Assembly (NCBI GenBank): GCA_025201805.1
Contig: MU619292.1
Span: 89,469-153,468, forward strand
DNA from: Parasitella parasitica NRRL 2501
Taxonomy: Eukaryota > Fungi > Mucoromycota
Length of the DNA: 64,000 nucleotides
Direction of reading: 5' to 3'
Made by a program: the position numbers and the translations under genes. Below the pieces are notes generated by a model, which was given only the letters and a program-made list of their open reading frames with translations, made no database searches and was not told the DNA's origin. Numbering within the stretch: position 1 is the stretch's first letter; each line of letters opens with the position of its first letter. Below are positions 11,865 to 24,002 of this stretch, in pieces.

Positions 11865-12376
11865 CACGTGATCAGAGTCTGAGCCAATTGAAGCTACGTT
11901 CCTGAACCTGATGTTGAATTCTAGGAACGTCTCATCTTAGATATATATATGGAATTATGCTTCATACTTGAAATAAATCGAACTTTCTTACGTTTAAAAA
12001 TTCTGTCATATATAATTATTTGCTATTCTATCGCTGAGATACCATACCATCCTAGTTATTCGACATAATATACACTTAAACAACAGAAAAACAGTCTAAT
12101 TAGTCTCGGCATTGACCTGTTTACTGCAAGATCTTTCCAAAACATCGCTACCAATTTCACAAAACCCGCACCGCAGAGTATCATGCCTGTAGTTGGTATA
12201 AGTTAATTTTGTTGTGTTATTTAAATATCCACACGTGATCGAAGTTTGAGCCAATAGAAACCATGATTCTGAATCTGAAGTTGAATACTGGGAGTGTCTC
12301 ACCTTGAACATATACCGTATATCGAACTTTATATTTTTTTGGCATACACATTATTTACAGTTTATTGCTCAGATAG
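11865..12376. repeat. Degenerate tandem duplication (11865-12045 vs 12232-12376)
   Basis: Both copies share these blocks in order: CACGTGATC, TGAGCCAAT, CTGAA.CTGA.GTTGAAT, GTCTCA, ATCGAACTTT and GCT.AGATA. Confidence 0.65.
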
Positions 12377-12817
12377 TGTTGTAACCATATAAAGGCTACA
12401 TATGTCATATCCAACATAGTTACCATGCACGGACCATGATATTAATTGTTGATAATTCTTTTACAAATAAGGAATAAGCTACAAGTTGCAATTGGACCTC
12501 TTGCTTATTCTAGATCAAATCGCGGGATGTCGGGAAGACATCCTACCCACATCTTCTCTTCAATGTAAAATAGAAGAATAGGTCAGTTCCTGAAAATGCT
12601 GCGATTTAATAAGGTTTGACACTTTGTGTCAAACATTAGATGTTACGTGGATAAACATTGATTGGGATATATTATAGTATAATTAGAAATCACATCTTAT
12701 GTCAATAAAAGTCTTCAGTTTTGTATTATCTGGTTTTGTTCAGAAAAAGTCTTAATTACTTCTTTCATAAAACCTTTTACACAACATTTCGCTGCGCCCT
12801 TTTACACTGGTACAACA
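12377..12817 (+). mobile_element. Putative older solo LTR remnant
   Basis: It begins TGTTGTAACCA and ends TGGTACAACA (near-perfect inverted termini), with an AATAAAA followed by a T-rich U5-like stretch. No TSD is detectable. Confidence 0.45.
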
Positions 12818-12899
12818 TATTAGGTTCACCGTAGTAGAAAAAATTAGAAAAAAAATAAAATAAATGTCAACTTGAAAAAAATATAGGTTTAATATCAAA

Positions 12900-14560
12900 T
12901 CGATAGGTGTATGAAGCTCCAGTTCATCTACTGGCCAGGTAGATGAAACTTATATGGATAAATATTCTACTCCTGTAATTTAACGTTTATGACAATTCTG
13001 ATTAATTAACATCTTTAATTTTGTGCTAAACGACATCTCAGTAGACTAAAGATAACTTGGATCTATCTGAGTGATTAAATAGACTTTACCCGAGATGCTA
13101 AGATTAATCTTCCATACGAAGATTATTAATATCGATCCATAAGCGTATATCATTTCTGGTATATAGCGATGTGAATTATTGGCAGACTTTCACGCATCAT
13201 ATTGAATTGGTAAAGCAGATCTTAGTTCTTGTTGATTAAGATCCTGAGAAAAAAGCATTTACAATAATAATTATACCATTAGTATTATACATTTTAAAGA
13301 CGATTGTACAACTTGTTCTCCACGTTAATTAAGCACTGCTTACTACTTTCCCATGAAGTTCAATTTAATCAAGATCAAGTTATTACATTAGTAACTTGAA
13401 TTAATTACATGTTGCTTTACTATAAATATGGTAACATTCAACGACTAAACAGATCTCCACTTACATTTTTTGACTTTAATAAATCAATAGGTATTTGCCT
13501 AGCTTTTTTTAATTTTTATAGCACATCGTAGTCTCCGTATTTATTAATTGTTTAAGAAATAATAGTGATTTTATAAACAAATCTTATATACAAAGGGGAT
13601 TTTTATTCAAAAAGTACATATAAACGTCTGAGTGCCTTTTTTGATGCAAAGCAAAGTTGAACTTGCTTTAGACTTGATTAACATAGACATGATCATGGCA
13701 ATCTGATAAGCACCTGATTTCCACTGGGCGACGTGCGTATCAGAACTTTTGCGCAAAGACAGTTTATATTTTTACAGTTAAAAAATATTTGATCACACCC
13801 GCTAAATAAACTGTAGAACCAAGATCAAGATTGGAAAACGTAAGGTAGACACGGCGATATCTGATACAAACGTTTGTATTGATGAAAAATTACAGATATA
13901 TGATGTTACCAGTAGAAAATAGCGAAATATTTGGTGTCCCTCCATTTTCAGACACATCAAGTAAATTCTTTATACTACTTTGCGATGGAAATTTAATAAG
14001 ATGCTTCTTATATAAATGTCATTTTTCAAATGAGGGTGATTTATCAAAAAACTTAATGAATTTAATCAGGTAAACGAATCATTCATTATATTCAAAATAG
14101 AGGGTTTATATACTTTCTACGAACTGAGGGAAGTGATGTGAGGTTAAGGTTTTAATGATAAAAGTTATATCAAGGTTATCTCGTTGATTCTAATACAAGG
14201 TCTCACTCTTAACATTGGTATCTGAGGGGTAAAAATCCTGATTTATACTCAAACCGTCAATATAGTAAAATCCTTTTGCATAGTCCACATTATGTATAAA
14301 TACATCTACAGTAAATATCAGTGATGCAATATAGCTATTCAGCAGATTTATTCTGCATTGAACTTTGCCACATCAATGAGATACAGGAGACAGGTAGATT
14401 ATAATATTTATCACAAATATCAAGTTTCATATTGACAAGAATATATTACTTTTATTAGCTGATATTTTACTCTTTGACACGAGCTTTTTATTATACTTGA
14501 TTCCGGATTAAAAGTGATACAGCAAAGACTTCCAAAGTGTCAATTCTATAGGCAAGTTCC
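12900..14560 (-). pseudogene. Possible highly degraded F-box-like gene
   Basis: An 'NLPIELTL' F-box-start-like peptide lies near 14560, followed by coding-like sequence with many stops. Confidence 0.3.
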
Positions 14561-14814
14561 GCTGCTCTTCTCTGTTTGACCTGCTAATATTTTACCATAC
14601 TTGAATATCATCAGGCGCTATTACAGTATTTTCAAATATGATGGATGTAGATTCAATGTTGAGCATGTTATTCGTGTGCTATTAAACGATCAAATTCAGC
14701 TTGAGGTAGCTCTCTTGATATGCGAAGCATTTTTTTTTTTTTTTTTTTAAATTATAATCTTTCAAAATAGAATCAAGAAGATATGAATCTGTATTAAGTT
14801 TATTTGGTACATTT

Positions 14815-17284
14815 TTAAGCACCAAAATGAGCTTTGTAAAAAGAAGGTGGTAAATTTTCAAGCACATTGAACTTGGGTCTCTCTATCATGACCATTTGAT
14901 TTTCACCAATGAATCCGGCATATAAGATTTGTTGATATTGGTACGAAATAGAAGTACGTAGTTCTTCTGATTTTGGCGTTGATTTGGCAGCCTCGGCGCT
15001 ATTGTTGTAATTATTTCTTTTGCCCAACTTCTTGGGGGTTGGTTTATCTTGAATATCCACTTGACACATGTATGTGCTACCGTATAAAATCATCTTGTTC
15101 TTGTCTGCAGGATTATACATGGCACCACGAATACGATCTCTTTGTTCTAAAAGTCGTGATTCTGACATATCTTGATGTGTACTCGACCAACCTGTCAATC
15201 TTTTATGTTCAACATCGTAAATATAAAAGGCATTGGTTGCTTGCACAACACAAAGCTCATTTGGTCGCAAATCGTTGAACGATAATGCTGTATGTTGGAT
15301 CGATCCTTGAGGAAGTTTAAGATGATGCTAATAACAGAAATGAATGAGTGAAACTGAAAATATTGCGCAGCATACAGTCATCTTACCTTTAAATTATCTA
15401 AGTTGAAAACATTAATGCGGTTTTCTTCATCGCCTGTGACCAGCCATTGACCGTCAGAACTGACATTTAAGGATACAATAGTGGCAACAGCATGATCATC
15501 AGCTGTGTTCCCATCACTGTCTAATCCACGGTGATGTCCAAACTCGCGCAAAACTTCAAAGTTTCCCTCTTCCCAATTAGATAGATCCACAATGAGGATA
15601 CGAGATTCGACTGTCACGACGATTAATTTATCTGATCCAGGGGTAAATAAAACATGATGGGCACCGGAAGCAGCATTGTTCGCTCTCAAATAAGCATATA
15701 ATTCCTTCTCAAATGATCTCTGTTTCTTGACTTCTAATTGACCCGGTTCAGACTAAAAAAAAAAGATCAGTGTTACGTTCGAAGCATGATCAAGACAGCT
15801 CTTACACCTTGGTTCACTCTAAATACTCTCACATCCTCAATATCAGAGACAGCAATCCAATTGGCATCTTCCGATAATGTACTTGAAGTGATGTTACAAT
15901 CAGGCTTTAATTTGAGTTCCAAGGCTAGCTGGTGGGGTTGAACCATTTCAGGGAGAGCAGGCTGTTTAGATGAGGTATCGACATTGGTAGCTTCGCCAAG
16001 TCTCCAAACCGAAATAGAGTTGAAGAATGCAGACATGATCAGCTTGCGAGATTTTGACATGGACACGATATATTTGTGAGGGAAAGGAGGCAATCTATTT
16101 TGAATCAATTTGGGGAACTCAACAGCAGGACAGGCAACCAGCTCAACATCAACGCCACCCGACACAATCGAGTTGACCTTGGGTCTTTCGTCTAGTGCAA
16201 GAGCACGAATGTCATGCCAGTGATATCTACGGCTTCCGACATTGATCCAGTCATTTACAACATCTCCATTCTTTTCATTATTCTTCTTTTTTGTTGTGCG
16301 GCGGAAAGATGTAATTTTACGATCCACACCAGCAGAAAATACTTGGTTGCCGTCTTTGCTGGCAGCCAGACAAAGGACGTCAGCCCCATGAGCACGGATT
16401 GATTGCTTTACTGTACCCATTTTGCTATCCCAGAAAGTGACAGCGCCACGGGAGTCACCAGAAACAACCGTATTTCCCCTATTTGTCCCTTTTGTCTTAA
16501 TGCATGTGTCCTTTATGACTTAGGCTAACATGTTCAACTTACTTGAGTGCAGCTACAGCCCAGACTAAGGTTTGCTCCTTGCGATTTTTTACAACAGTCA
16601 TTCGATGAATGGTGCGACCAGTATGGGTGTTCCATGTGCGAATGGCTGAATCAGATCCACCGGATACAATATACTCGTCATTAGGAGCCCAGGCAACCGA
16701 CAGTACACGGCCTTTTTGGGGCTCAAAACTGCGAATATATTCAAGATTGCCATCAGCGATATCAAACATACGAATGCAACCATCTTCGCAGCCAGCAGCT
16801 AAACGAGTACCTTTACTGTTGACGGCTATACACCATACAGCACCCCCATTTGAATCGCACGATTTCTAAAGAGACATGATTAGAGTGTTGTTCTGATGCA
16901 GTTATGTTGATCAAGTCTGACTACCTTAGCTGTCATGGTCGTTGTGTCCCATTCAATGATAAACGGATTCAATCCAGATGAGAAAAGACGAGGGGGTTTT
17001 TGCAGCAATAGCTCCAATTCTTTGGCAAGTTCCTCAGGCTCGTCTTCGGGATCTGGATTGGTAATTATATTCTGATGAGCCCAGGCAACACTTTCAACAG
17101 AAAGGTCTTCACCGCCAGGCAAGGTCTTTTCGAGTCGATAGTTGTGTGTAGGATCCCAAATCTCGATATTTCCGTTGGCACGGCCCACAGCAAGTCTAGT
17201 GTTATTTACTGTAGAAGGTGTAAAATCAAGCGCATTGATAGATGCTGGCTGGTATTCGACGAATCGACAACGGTGAACTTCCAT
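14815..17284 (-). CDS. UTP4: U3 snoRNA-associated protein 4 (WD40, cirhin orthologue)
   Basis: N-terminal MEVHRCRFVEY.P..I and RLAVGRANGNIEIW, WD40 repeats, and C-terminal ERP...LPP.F.K..FG. About 4 introns. Confidence 0.95.
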
Positions 17285-17409
17285 GATGTTGTTGATATAC
17301 GGAATGATTAAAGGATTTCTTGAAAAAATTGCTTCAAACCTTTTGACAAGGAAAAATCAAGACTGTTTAATGTGACCTTTTTAGATCAAATGAAGCTCTT
17401 CAACTACCG

Positions 17410-19391
17410 GCGAACACTACAGTCTTTTTATGGTTTCTGAAATAAAAGTTCAAGTAAATGCTACATGTCACGGTGTTTGTGATAATATATATTAGGGTTT
17501 CTGATAACAAACCTATTAGTTCTGATGAAAGCTAAGAAGTTTCTTAGAGAAGAGAAATGTCTCCCTAAAAAGATCACAAGTGGGGATTTCATATTTAGAA
17601 AAAAAAGAGTAAATGCTTTGTTTCAATAGTAAAAATGTTAAGAGAATGTGTTGTGAATTAAGCTATCTACATCATATCTTTTAAGTTCAAGGTAGTCTTC
17701 AAAAAAAGTTATGGTTGTCCATTGACAAACATCTGTGATTCTGGGTGTAAGTGTGTCTGTTGACTTTGGATCAAAAACCTTTAATTGGATTTAGAAACGG
17801 AGAGCAAGGTTGAATATAAATAAGACTTATAATCTTAGGATTTCATAATTTCTACGCAGATATTTTTTTTATGAATGGGTGTATTATCCTGGTGGCAGAT
17901 TGTTTCCTTTTCTCTGGCACTTTCTTATAGCTTCAGTTGATCTGGCGTCTTCGTAGAAGGTCTTGTTATACAAGTACCAAGCTGGGTTCTCTATATCCAG
18001 CTGCACATTAGAACAGCTAGTTAAACCTGTGTCATCTTTTCCATAATATTGGAAAGGTTCAAAAGCGTGTGTTCCTGTAAAGCCAGCGTAGATTTTAGGC
18101 GCCTGATTTTTTTTATATTCTTTTTGGTCTACACGAACTTCAGTGTGTTGTTGTCAGAAAAAAGACAAAAACTGTAAGAAAACAATGTTTAGCAATCTCA
18201 ACCACAAGAAAAAACAATGCAAAGTAATTTATTAGATTATAAGGCAGTTTTTAATTACATATTTCCATAGTTTAGAGCAAGTTTTTGCACCGGTTAAGTT
18301 GATATCAGATGAACGTAGCGGCTTTTCTGACTTTTTTCGGAAAAGTATTTTTCAAAATCGGAGCGTGAGATCTTCATACCAGTTAAAGAAACGCAAGTAC
18401 TACCATTAAAAAGCCAAGAAGCACAGCACTTAAATAAACTAGATTGCAATTTTTTTCCGCTTGAATTGAGTAAGCTATGATTTCTCAAAGCTATACTTTC
18501 TTCAAAAAAACACCATTATTCTTTGATAGCGGAGATTGAACACGTCCAAAATCAGGAAAGAGAAATTCTTTCAGAAACTCCATTTGGACAATCTAAAACC
18601 AAAATTACTTTTTTAAGGCAAGATATCATCTTCTGATACTATGCATATCACGGCTGTCCGTCTATGATAATAGCTGTATTTTTGGGCGCTCTACACGCTG
18701 GTGTCATTTCACAATCCCCGCATGCTTACGGAAGGAATTATGCTTAGAAACCTCAAAAACAGATCAAGAGGGAAAAGTCGACGTTTTGCTTAAACAGAGC
18801 GCATTTCTAGCCTTTCATATCAAGGAATGATCTTTTACGATCATTTTCCTCCAATACATGCTATAGTAAAAAGTTGCATTTTTGAGGTCAAATCGAGGAT
18901 AATGCTTAATCGATGATTTTGGATGCGTGGATACAAGGAAAAAATCGAAAAAATCTATCATTTTGCATCGAAAAAAAATCATGCTCAAATTGCACCAAAA
19001 TCATATATAATACGGTTTTTTCCCAATGGATACTATTTCCAATGATTTCAAGACACTTTTAGTTATGAAATCAATCGAAAAATGACACATGAATCTAAAG
19101 TTCTTGCTTTTAAGCTGTAAAGAATATCTATATGGAGATGCTATCGCGCCAATATCAATTTTAGTTCATAACACAGCTCTATACAGTAAGTATTTTTGAT
19201 GCCACAAGTATACCTTTCTTCATAGTAAAACGATAAAACAGGTGTGGCTCTTCTCCCAAAAACTTCTCAGCTTTTACCAGAAATAAAAGGTTTGTTATCA
19301 GAAACCCTAATATATATTGTCAGAAACACCATGACATGTATCATTTACTTGAACTTTTTTTTCAGAAACTGCGAAATGACAGTAGTGTCGT
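17410..19391. mobile_element. Non-autonomous TIR DNA transposon (Mutator-like), ~2 kb
   Basis: Inverted repeats 17410-17554 and 19248-19391 include a perfect 31-bp core (AATATATATTAGGGTTTCTGATAACAAACCT). The flanks CAACTACCG and CAATACCG resemble a degenerate 9-bp TSD. No intact transposase ORF is present. Confidence 0.85.
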
Positions 19392-20123
19392 CAATACCGT
19401 TACAGTACAATAACCAGTGTTTATATCAAATGACATCCTGCCTTGGTTATCATATTAGCGAACTGCTTAAAATCTAAATATACGCCAACACATGGCAGGT
19501 CTTGACCTGGAAATTGGTTGAATAGAGATGGAGAGTATTTGTCACTGGAATTATAAAGAAAAAAAAAACCCCCCACGCTGTGATCCAAGACAAAAATCCC
19601 AAAGTGTAAACCATTAAAACAAAATTTTATAAAAAATCTCGACTTTTCGATCAAAAGTGTGTATTATGCTTAAAATGGCCATCTTACATTAAAATTTTGA
19701 GCATTTTCGATTAATGTATATCATGGCAAAAAAAAACTTCATTTTTGAGGCAGGCTTAACAAATTTTTCTGTAATCCATTCATTTGAAGAAAACTAAAAT
19801 GAGGTAAGACCTCCTTCACATGAAACGTGCCAAATTCAAACCTCCTAAAGCGAGAATAGTGTATCGCAACCCATTTCGTTCACGAAGCGGGCGTTGTCTG
19901 ATGCGCAATTTATGAATACTCTACACTATTGACAAGTTGATAGAGTACTTTGACCGCCTAAAATATGTGAAATAAAAAAACAATTCAATCCATCCAGTCT
20001 GAATTAGATAGAATAAGGTACTATAGGAAGGCCATAAAAATATTTTAACCACCTCACTGACCACTACAACACTGAGCCGAAAAACGAATTTTCCAGGGGT
20101 TCTTCAAAAGCATTTTTTATAAT

Positions 20124-21084
20124 ATGGCAATGGACAACGATATTTGCCAAGACGATCAATGGTTTGAACAAGCCTTTACCTACATGAATCAACATGACAT
20201 TCCTTTATCAAATGAAAAAAAGCTACACGTAAACGCAGAGACACGTTTCTTTTCTACCTCAATTATTGAAGCAATTGGAAATAGTTTTATGGACTTTTTA
20301 AGCAAGCAACTATTGGAGATTGTAATATCGATAAACCAAGTTTGTTCGAGTTTGTAGCTCGTGCAAAGTATGATGCATGGCAAAGCTTCAGAGGTCTTAC
20401 TTTTCGACAAGCAAGGAATATGTACATCGACAGTGTCGAGGATTTGAAAGTGGGCTGGTCACGTCAAGGAGAATACGAGTATATACCTTCTGTTGAAGAC
20501 CTCAAGGTGAGCGCATTGAAACCGCAACAAAGGATAGTAGACTGACAATATTGAAGAACGGAGAAGGTCTTGCAAGTAATTCGGTGAGCTCAATGGCTGC
20601 AGAAGAAAGCGATGATGGATTGTAGGCTGAGAAATGCTATAATCAATCAATAGACAGGCACTAAATCGCTTGTTAGGGAATCGCAAGACATTTATGGATA
20701 TGCAAGGTTAAATGATTTAAAGAAATTTACAGCAGAATTAAAGGCTCATCCAGAGTTGATAAAAACGAAAGAAGATGGATTGACAACTCTCCATATTGCT
20801 GCTGATCGTGGTCATTTGGGTATCGTACAAGCGCTGGTTAGCGCAGGTGCTGATATTGACGACAAGACAGACGATGAAGACACAGCGCTTCATTTAGGTA
20901 ACGCGTTGAGATTTATACAACCGAAAGATAATAATACGACTTGAGAATAGCTTGTATATCGGATCAACTTGAAGTTGCTAAATTTTTGATCACCAGTGGC
21001 TGCGACAAGACTTTGCTTGATTCTGAAGGAAAAACTGCGTTTGAACAAGCAGAACCAGACTTCATTAGGCAACTTGGTTTGTAG
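20124..21084 (+). CDS. Acyl-CoA-binding domain plus ankyrin repeat protein (ACBD6-like)
   Basis: ACBP motifs 'KL.FYGLFKQATIGDC' and 'ARAKYDAW', then ankyrin motifs 'GLTTLHIAADRGH' and 'DTALHLAC'. 4 introns. Confidence 0.9.
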
Positions 21085-21522
21085 AGGTACACTATACGCT
21101 GCTACTGATCAGATTGGACACATTCTAGAAATGATGTCTTCAAAAGAGTCAAGTATGTTTGTACAAATAAAAAGACGAGTTTCAGATATAATGACATTTA
21201 GATCAAAAAACTATCGGTCCAAGGAATGCCATTACTAATATCTTGATCCTCCTCTTCCTTGCAATAGCTGTAGGAATATAATTAATCATACTGTAAAGAA
21301 AAGACTAGCAAACAGGCAATTTTTACTAGTCAAATATGTTGAGTGATATGTTGCAGCAAACCTTCATATCTATAAAATACAGTGATAGTTTCTGTATAGC
21401 AGCAGCCAGTGTATTCTAACCATCGTACCATAGATTGATGCTGGTTAGATCAACGTCACTCGTTTTTTTTTGTCATCAACAAAGTCTTGGTCAATTTATT
21501 CAACTGCTTTCCTTTTCGCATT

Positions 21523-22236
21523 ATGCTTCAGCCTACTAGTAGTGTAGCAGCGATATCCTACACTGGTGGTAAGGACTGTACACTCGCACTTCATCGAGTA
21601 AAAGAGCAAGGTGTCGAAATCGGCGTTCTTGTTACATTCAGCCCTCCTTTTACAGATTTGAATTCATTCAAGGCCCATTCTATGGATATTATTAAACAGC
21701 AAGCAAAAGCACTTGAAATACCACATACTATCTGTATTATTGATGGGCCAGATTATCTTGCCAGCTACCAGCAGCAAATCAAACTTCTTTCTGAAAAATA
21801 CAACATTGATGCTTTGGTAACAGGTGACATTTTGCCTGTGTGTAGCGATTTCATGGAGCGTGCTGTTGAGGGAACTGGTGTGGCTCTGGTGAGACCTTTG
21901 TGGCAAAAGGATCAAGCAGAGCTGCTGAAAGAGATGTGGGATCGAAAATTTGACATAACTATTACTTGTATAAATCAGCTTAAGGTGCGTGCTTCTGTCT
22001 TGGAAAAAGTCAAGGATGTTTATGATGTTGGAAAGCCGTTGTCACAACAAGGACTGAACGCAGTTGCTGCCAACAATGTAAATATCAGTCCTACAGGTGA
22101 ATATGGCGAATTGCACACCATGGTTCTTGATTGCCCTCTGTATAAAACAAAAAAATTAGCGATTCATAGCGAGAAACTGGTAGAAAGTCCTTATGTTTAT
22201 TTAAAAATCAATTCTGTAGAACTTGTAACAAAATAA
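21523..22236 (+). CDS. Diphthine-ammonia ligase-like / MJ0570-family PP-loop ATP pyrophosphatase, single domain, intronless
   Basis: PP-loop ISYTGGKDC, with 'LVTGDI', 'RPLW' and 'GEYGELHTMVLDCP' motifs. Confidence 0.85.
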   Translation: MLQPTSSVAAISYTGGKDCTLALHRVKEQGVEIGVLVTFSPPFTDLNSFKAHSMDIIKQQAKALEIPHTICIIDGPDYLASYQQQIKLLSEKYNIDALVTGDILPVCSDFMERAVEGTGVALVRPLWQKDQAELLKEMWDRKFDITITCINQLKVRASVLEKVKDVYDVGKPLSQQGLNAVAANNVNISPTGEYGELHTMVLDCPLYKTKKLAIHSEKLVESPYVYLKINSVELVTK

Positions 22237-22258
22237 AAACTATATTGTTTATTTTACT

Positions 22259-22859
22259 TTATGCTTTGGTCGTAACATTGGTTCTGAAAAAGACAGCAGA
22301 ATCAGATCCTCCATAGATGACATTTCCCCTGGGTAAATACTCGCAAACATAATACACGCCCTTGATGTTGTCGCAGTAGGCTGCACCACAGCCAACAGTC
22401 TTGGTGTTTTTCCAAACAACTTGAGTGAAATGACCGGAGTTGGCAGAAAAGCCAGGCTTAGAGTAATCGTAATTGGAAACCTCACTGTACCAAGCCTTTA
22501 CAGTTTGTGTCCAGTCTTTAGTACGCCCAGCAATGTTTTCCCCATAATTAGCCTTCCAATTTAATAAAGTCTCATTAGTTGGTACGTTATACATCAGCTT
22601 CTACATGCAAACTTACCTGACTGTGAGCAATGCTACATTTGGACGCCCAATCGTAAGCAAAGTCGGCCAATTCCTGGCTCCATGCTAGTGCAGGTGCACC
22701 ATGATCAGCTCGGAAGGCATTGTGAGTGTTCAGGATGGCGTCTATGTCGCTTGAAGTAGGAGGAGCCCTTTCCAGAAGAGCTACAGGTTTTGGCATGGCT
22801 ACATCAGTCATAGTAGCCAAAATAGCAAGAGAAGTAATGAGTGTTTTGAAGATTTGCAT
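22259..22859 (-). CDS. Secreted CAP/PR-1 (SCP) family protein
   Basis: Signal peptide, 'LNTHNAFRA.H.APALAW', 'YGENIA', 'GHFTQVVWK' and 'YYVCEY.PRGN'. One intron. Confidence 0.93.
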
Positions 22860-24002
22860 TTTTTGATTTATGATGAGAATCAAGTAAATTTAGGGCTCTA
22901 TTTATATGTAATCAACCAAACTGTCATGTAGTTTTATGAGCTTAGTCATTAACAAGTACCTGCTGTCAATTTCTTCTTAATCTCATACTTATTTGCATTG
23001 AGAATACATATTTCACGAAGGCTGAATTCGGTTCGTCATGACATATGACACCGCCAGAAGTATCGAATACTACTAGATCCAGAATCTCAGTCGTAGACGA
23101 CTTTTATACATCAATATATAATGCAAAGATTGTCAATAATACTCGAAAAGTGAGGCTCATGTACAATCATGGTTTGTATAAAAGCTTTTAAAGATGTTTA
23201 GAAACAAACTGTGAATTAGTGAGAAATCTCGTCATTTACAGTGCCTTTTCAGATCTGGACATATGTATTACATATGCGGCTTTAAATCAGAATAAAGCGG
23301 CAAATTCAGTGTCCAATTTGACATCCGAAAGGGCAATTCATGACCCTGACTATAATTGTGGTTGATATTGAAATTAACCAATTGTCTGTGGTACTCTACA
23401 TGCAGTGGCAATTGACTAGCAAATGGTCAAGCTGGTTAGTACGGCAAGAAGAATCCATCAGATCATAATTTTCCTGGTTGAGTGACGTTGATGATATATA
23501 CATTCACTTCGTATCGATTGGAAAATGCGTTAAGCTGTGTTTATGGCTAAGAACAGCTTGGTAGCAAGCAGTTTAAGCGTTTACAAAGCTAAGGTGCATC
23601 TTGAACAAAAACTTGAGTAGCATAGTGTCGAAATTTGATGATATTAGAATATGTACATGTATCATTATGATATAATGCTTTCTCGGCTTATATTCGCTCG
23701 CATACTGTCTATAAAGTACTATCTAACATTTTGAGTTTAACTGCTATTCAGAATAATGACATTGCACTTTGAGAATATTCATTATTAATAGATAAATTTA
23801 GGCTATATATCTATCATTGCCCTTCGGTATGAGGATTTGAGAGTAATAATCCCTTTTATTTAATGCAAGTAATTTAAACCAGTGTTTATATTAATGTTAG
23901 TCGATAACCTACTGCCAGAAGATATGATTATATGTTATATATATCTGATCAATGTAGTTTCAACGTTTTATATTTGTTATAATTACGATAAAAATATGCT
24001 TG

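Noticed and set aside
17415-19387. CACTAC...GTAGTG suggesting a CACTA element
   Set aside because: There is no 3-bp TSD at those ends. The inverted similarity extends further out to a 9-bp-like duplication.
19560-19900. Possible MITE after the TIR element
   Set aside because: No matching second terminus or TSD could be found.
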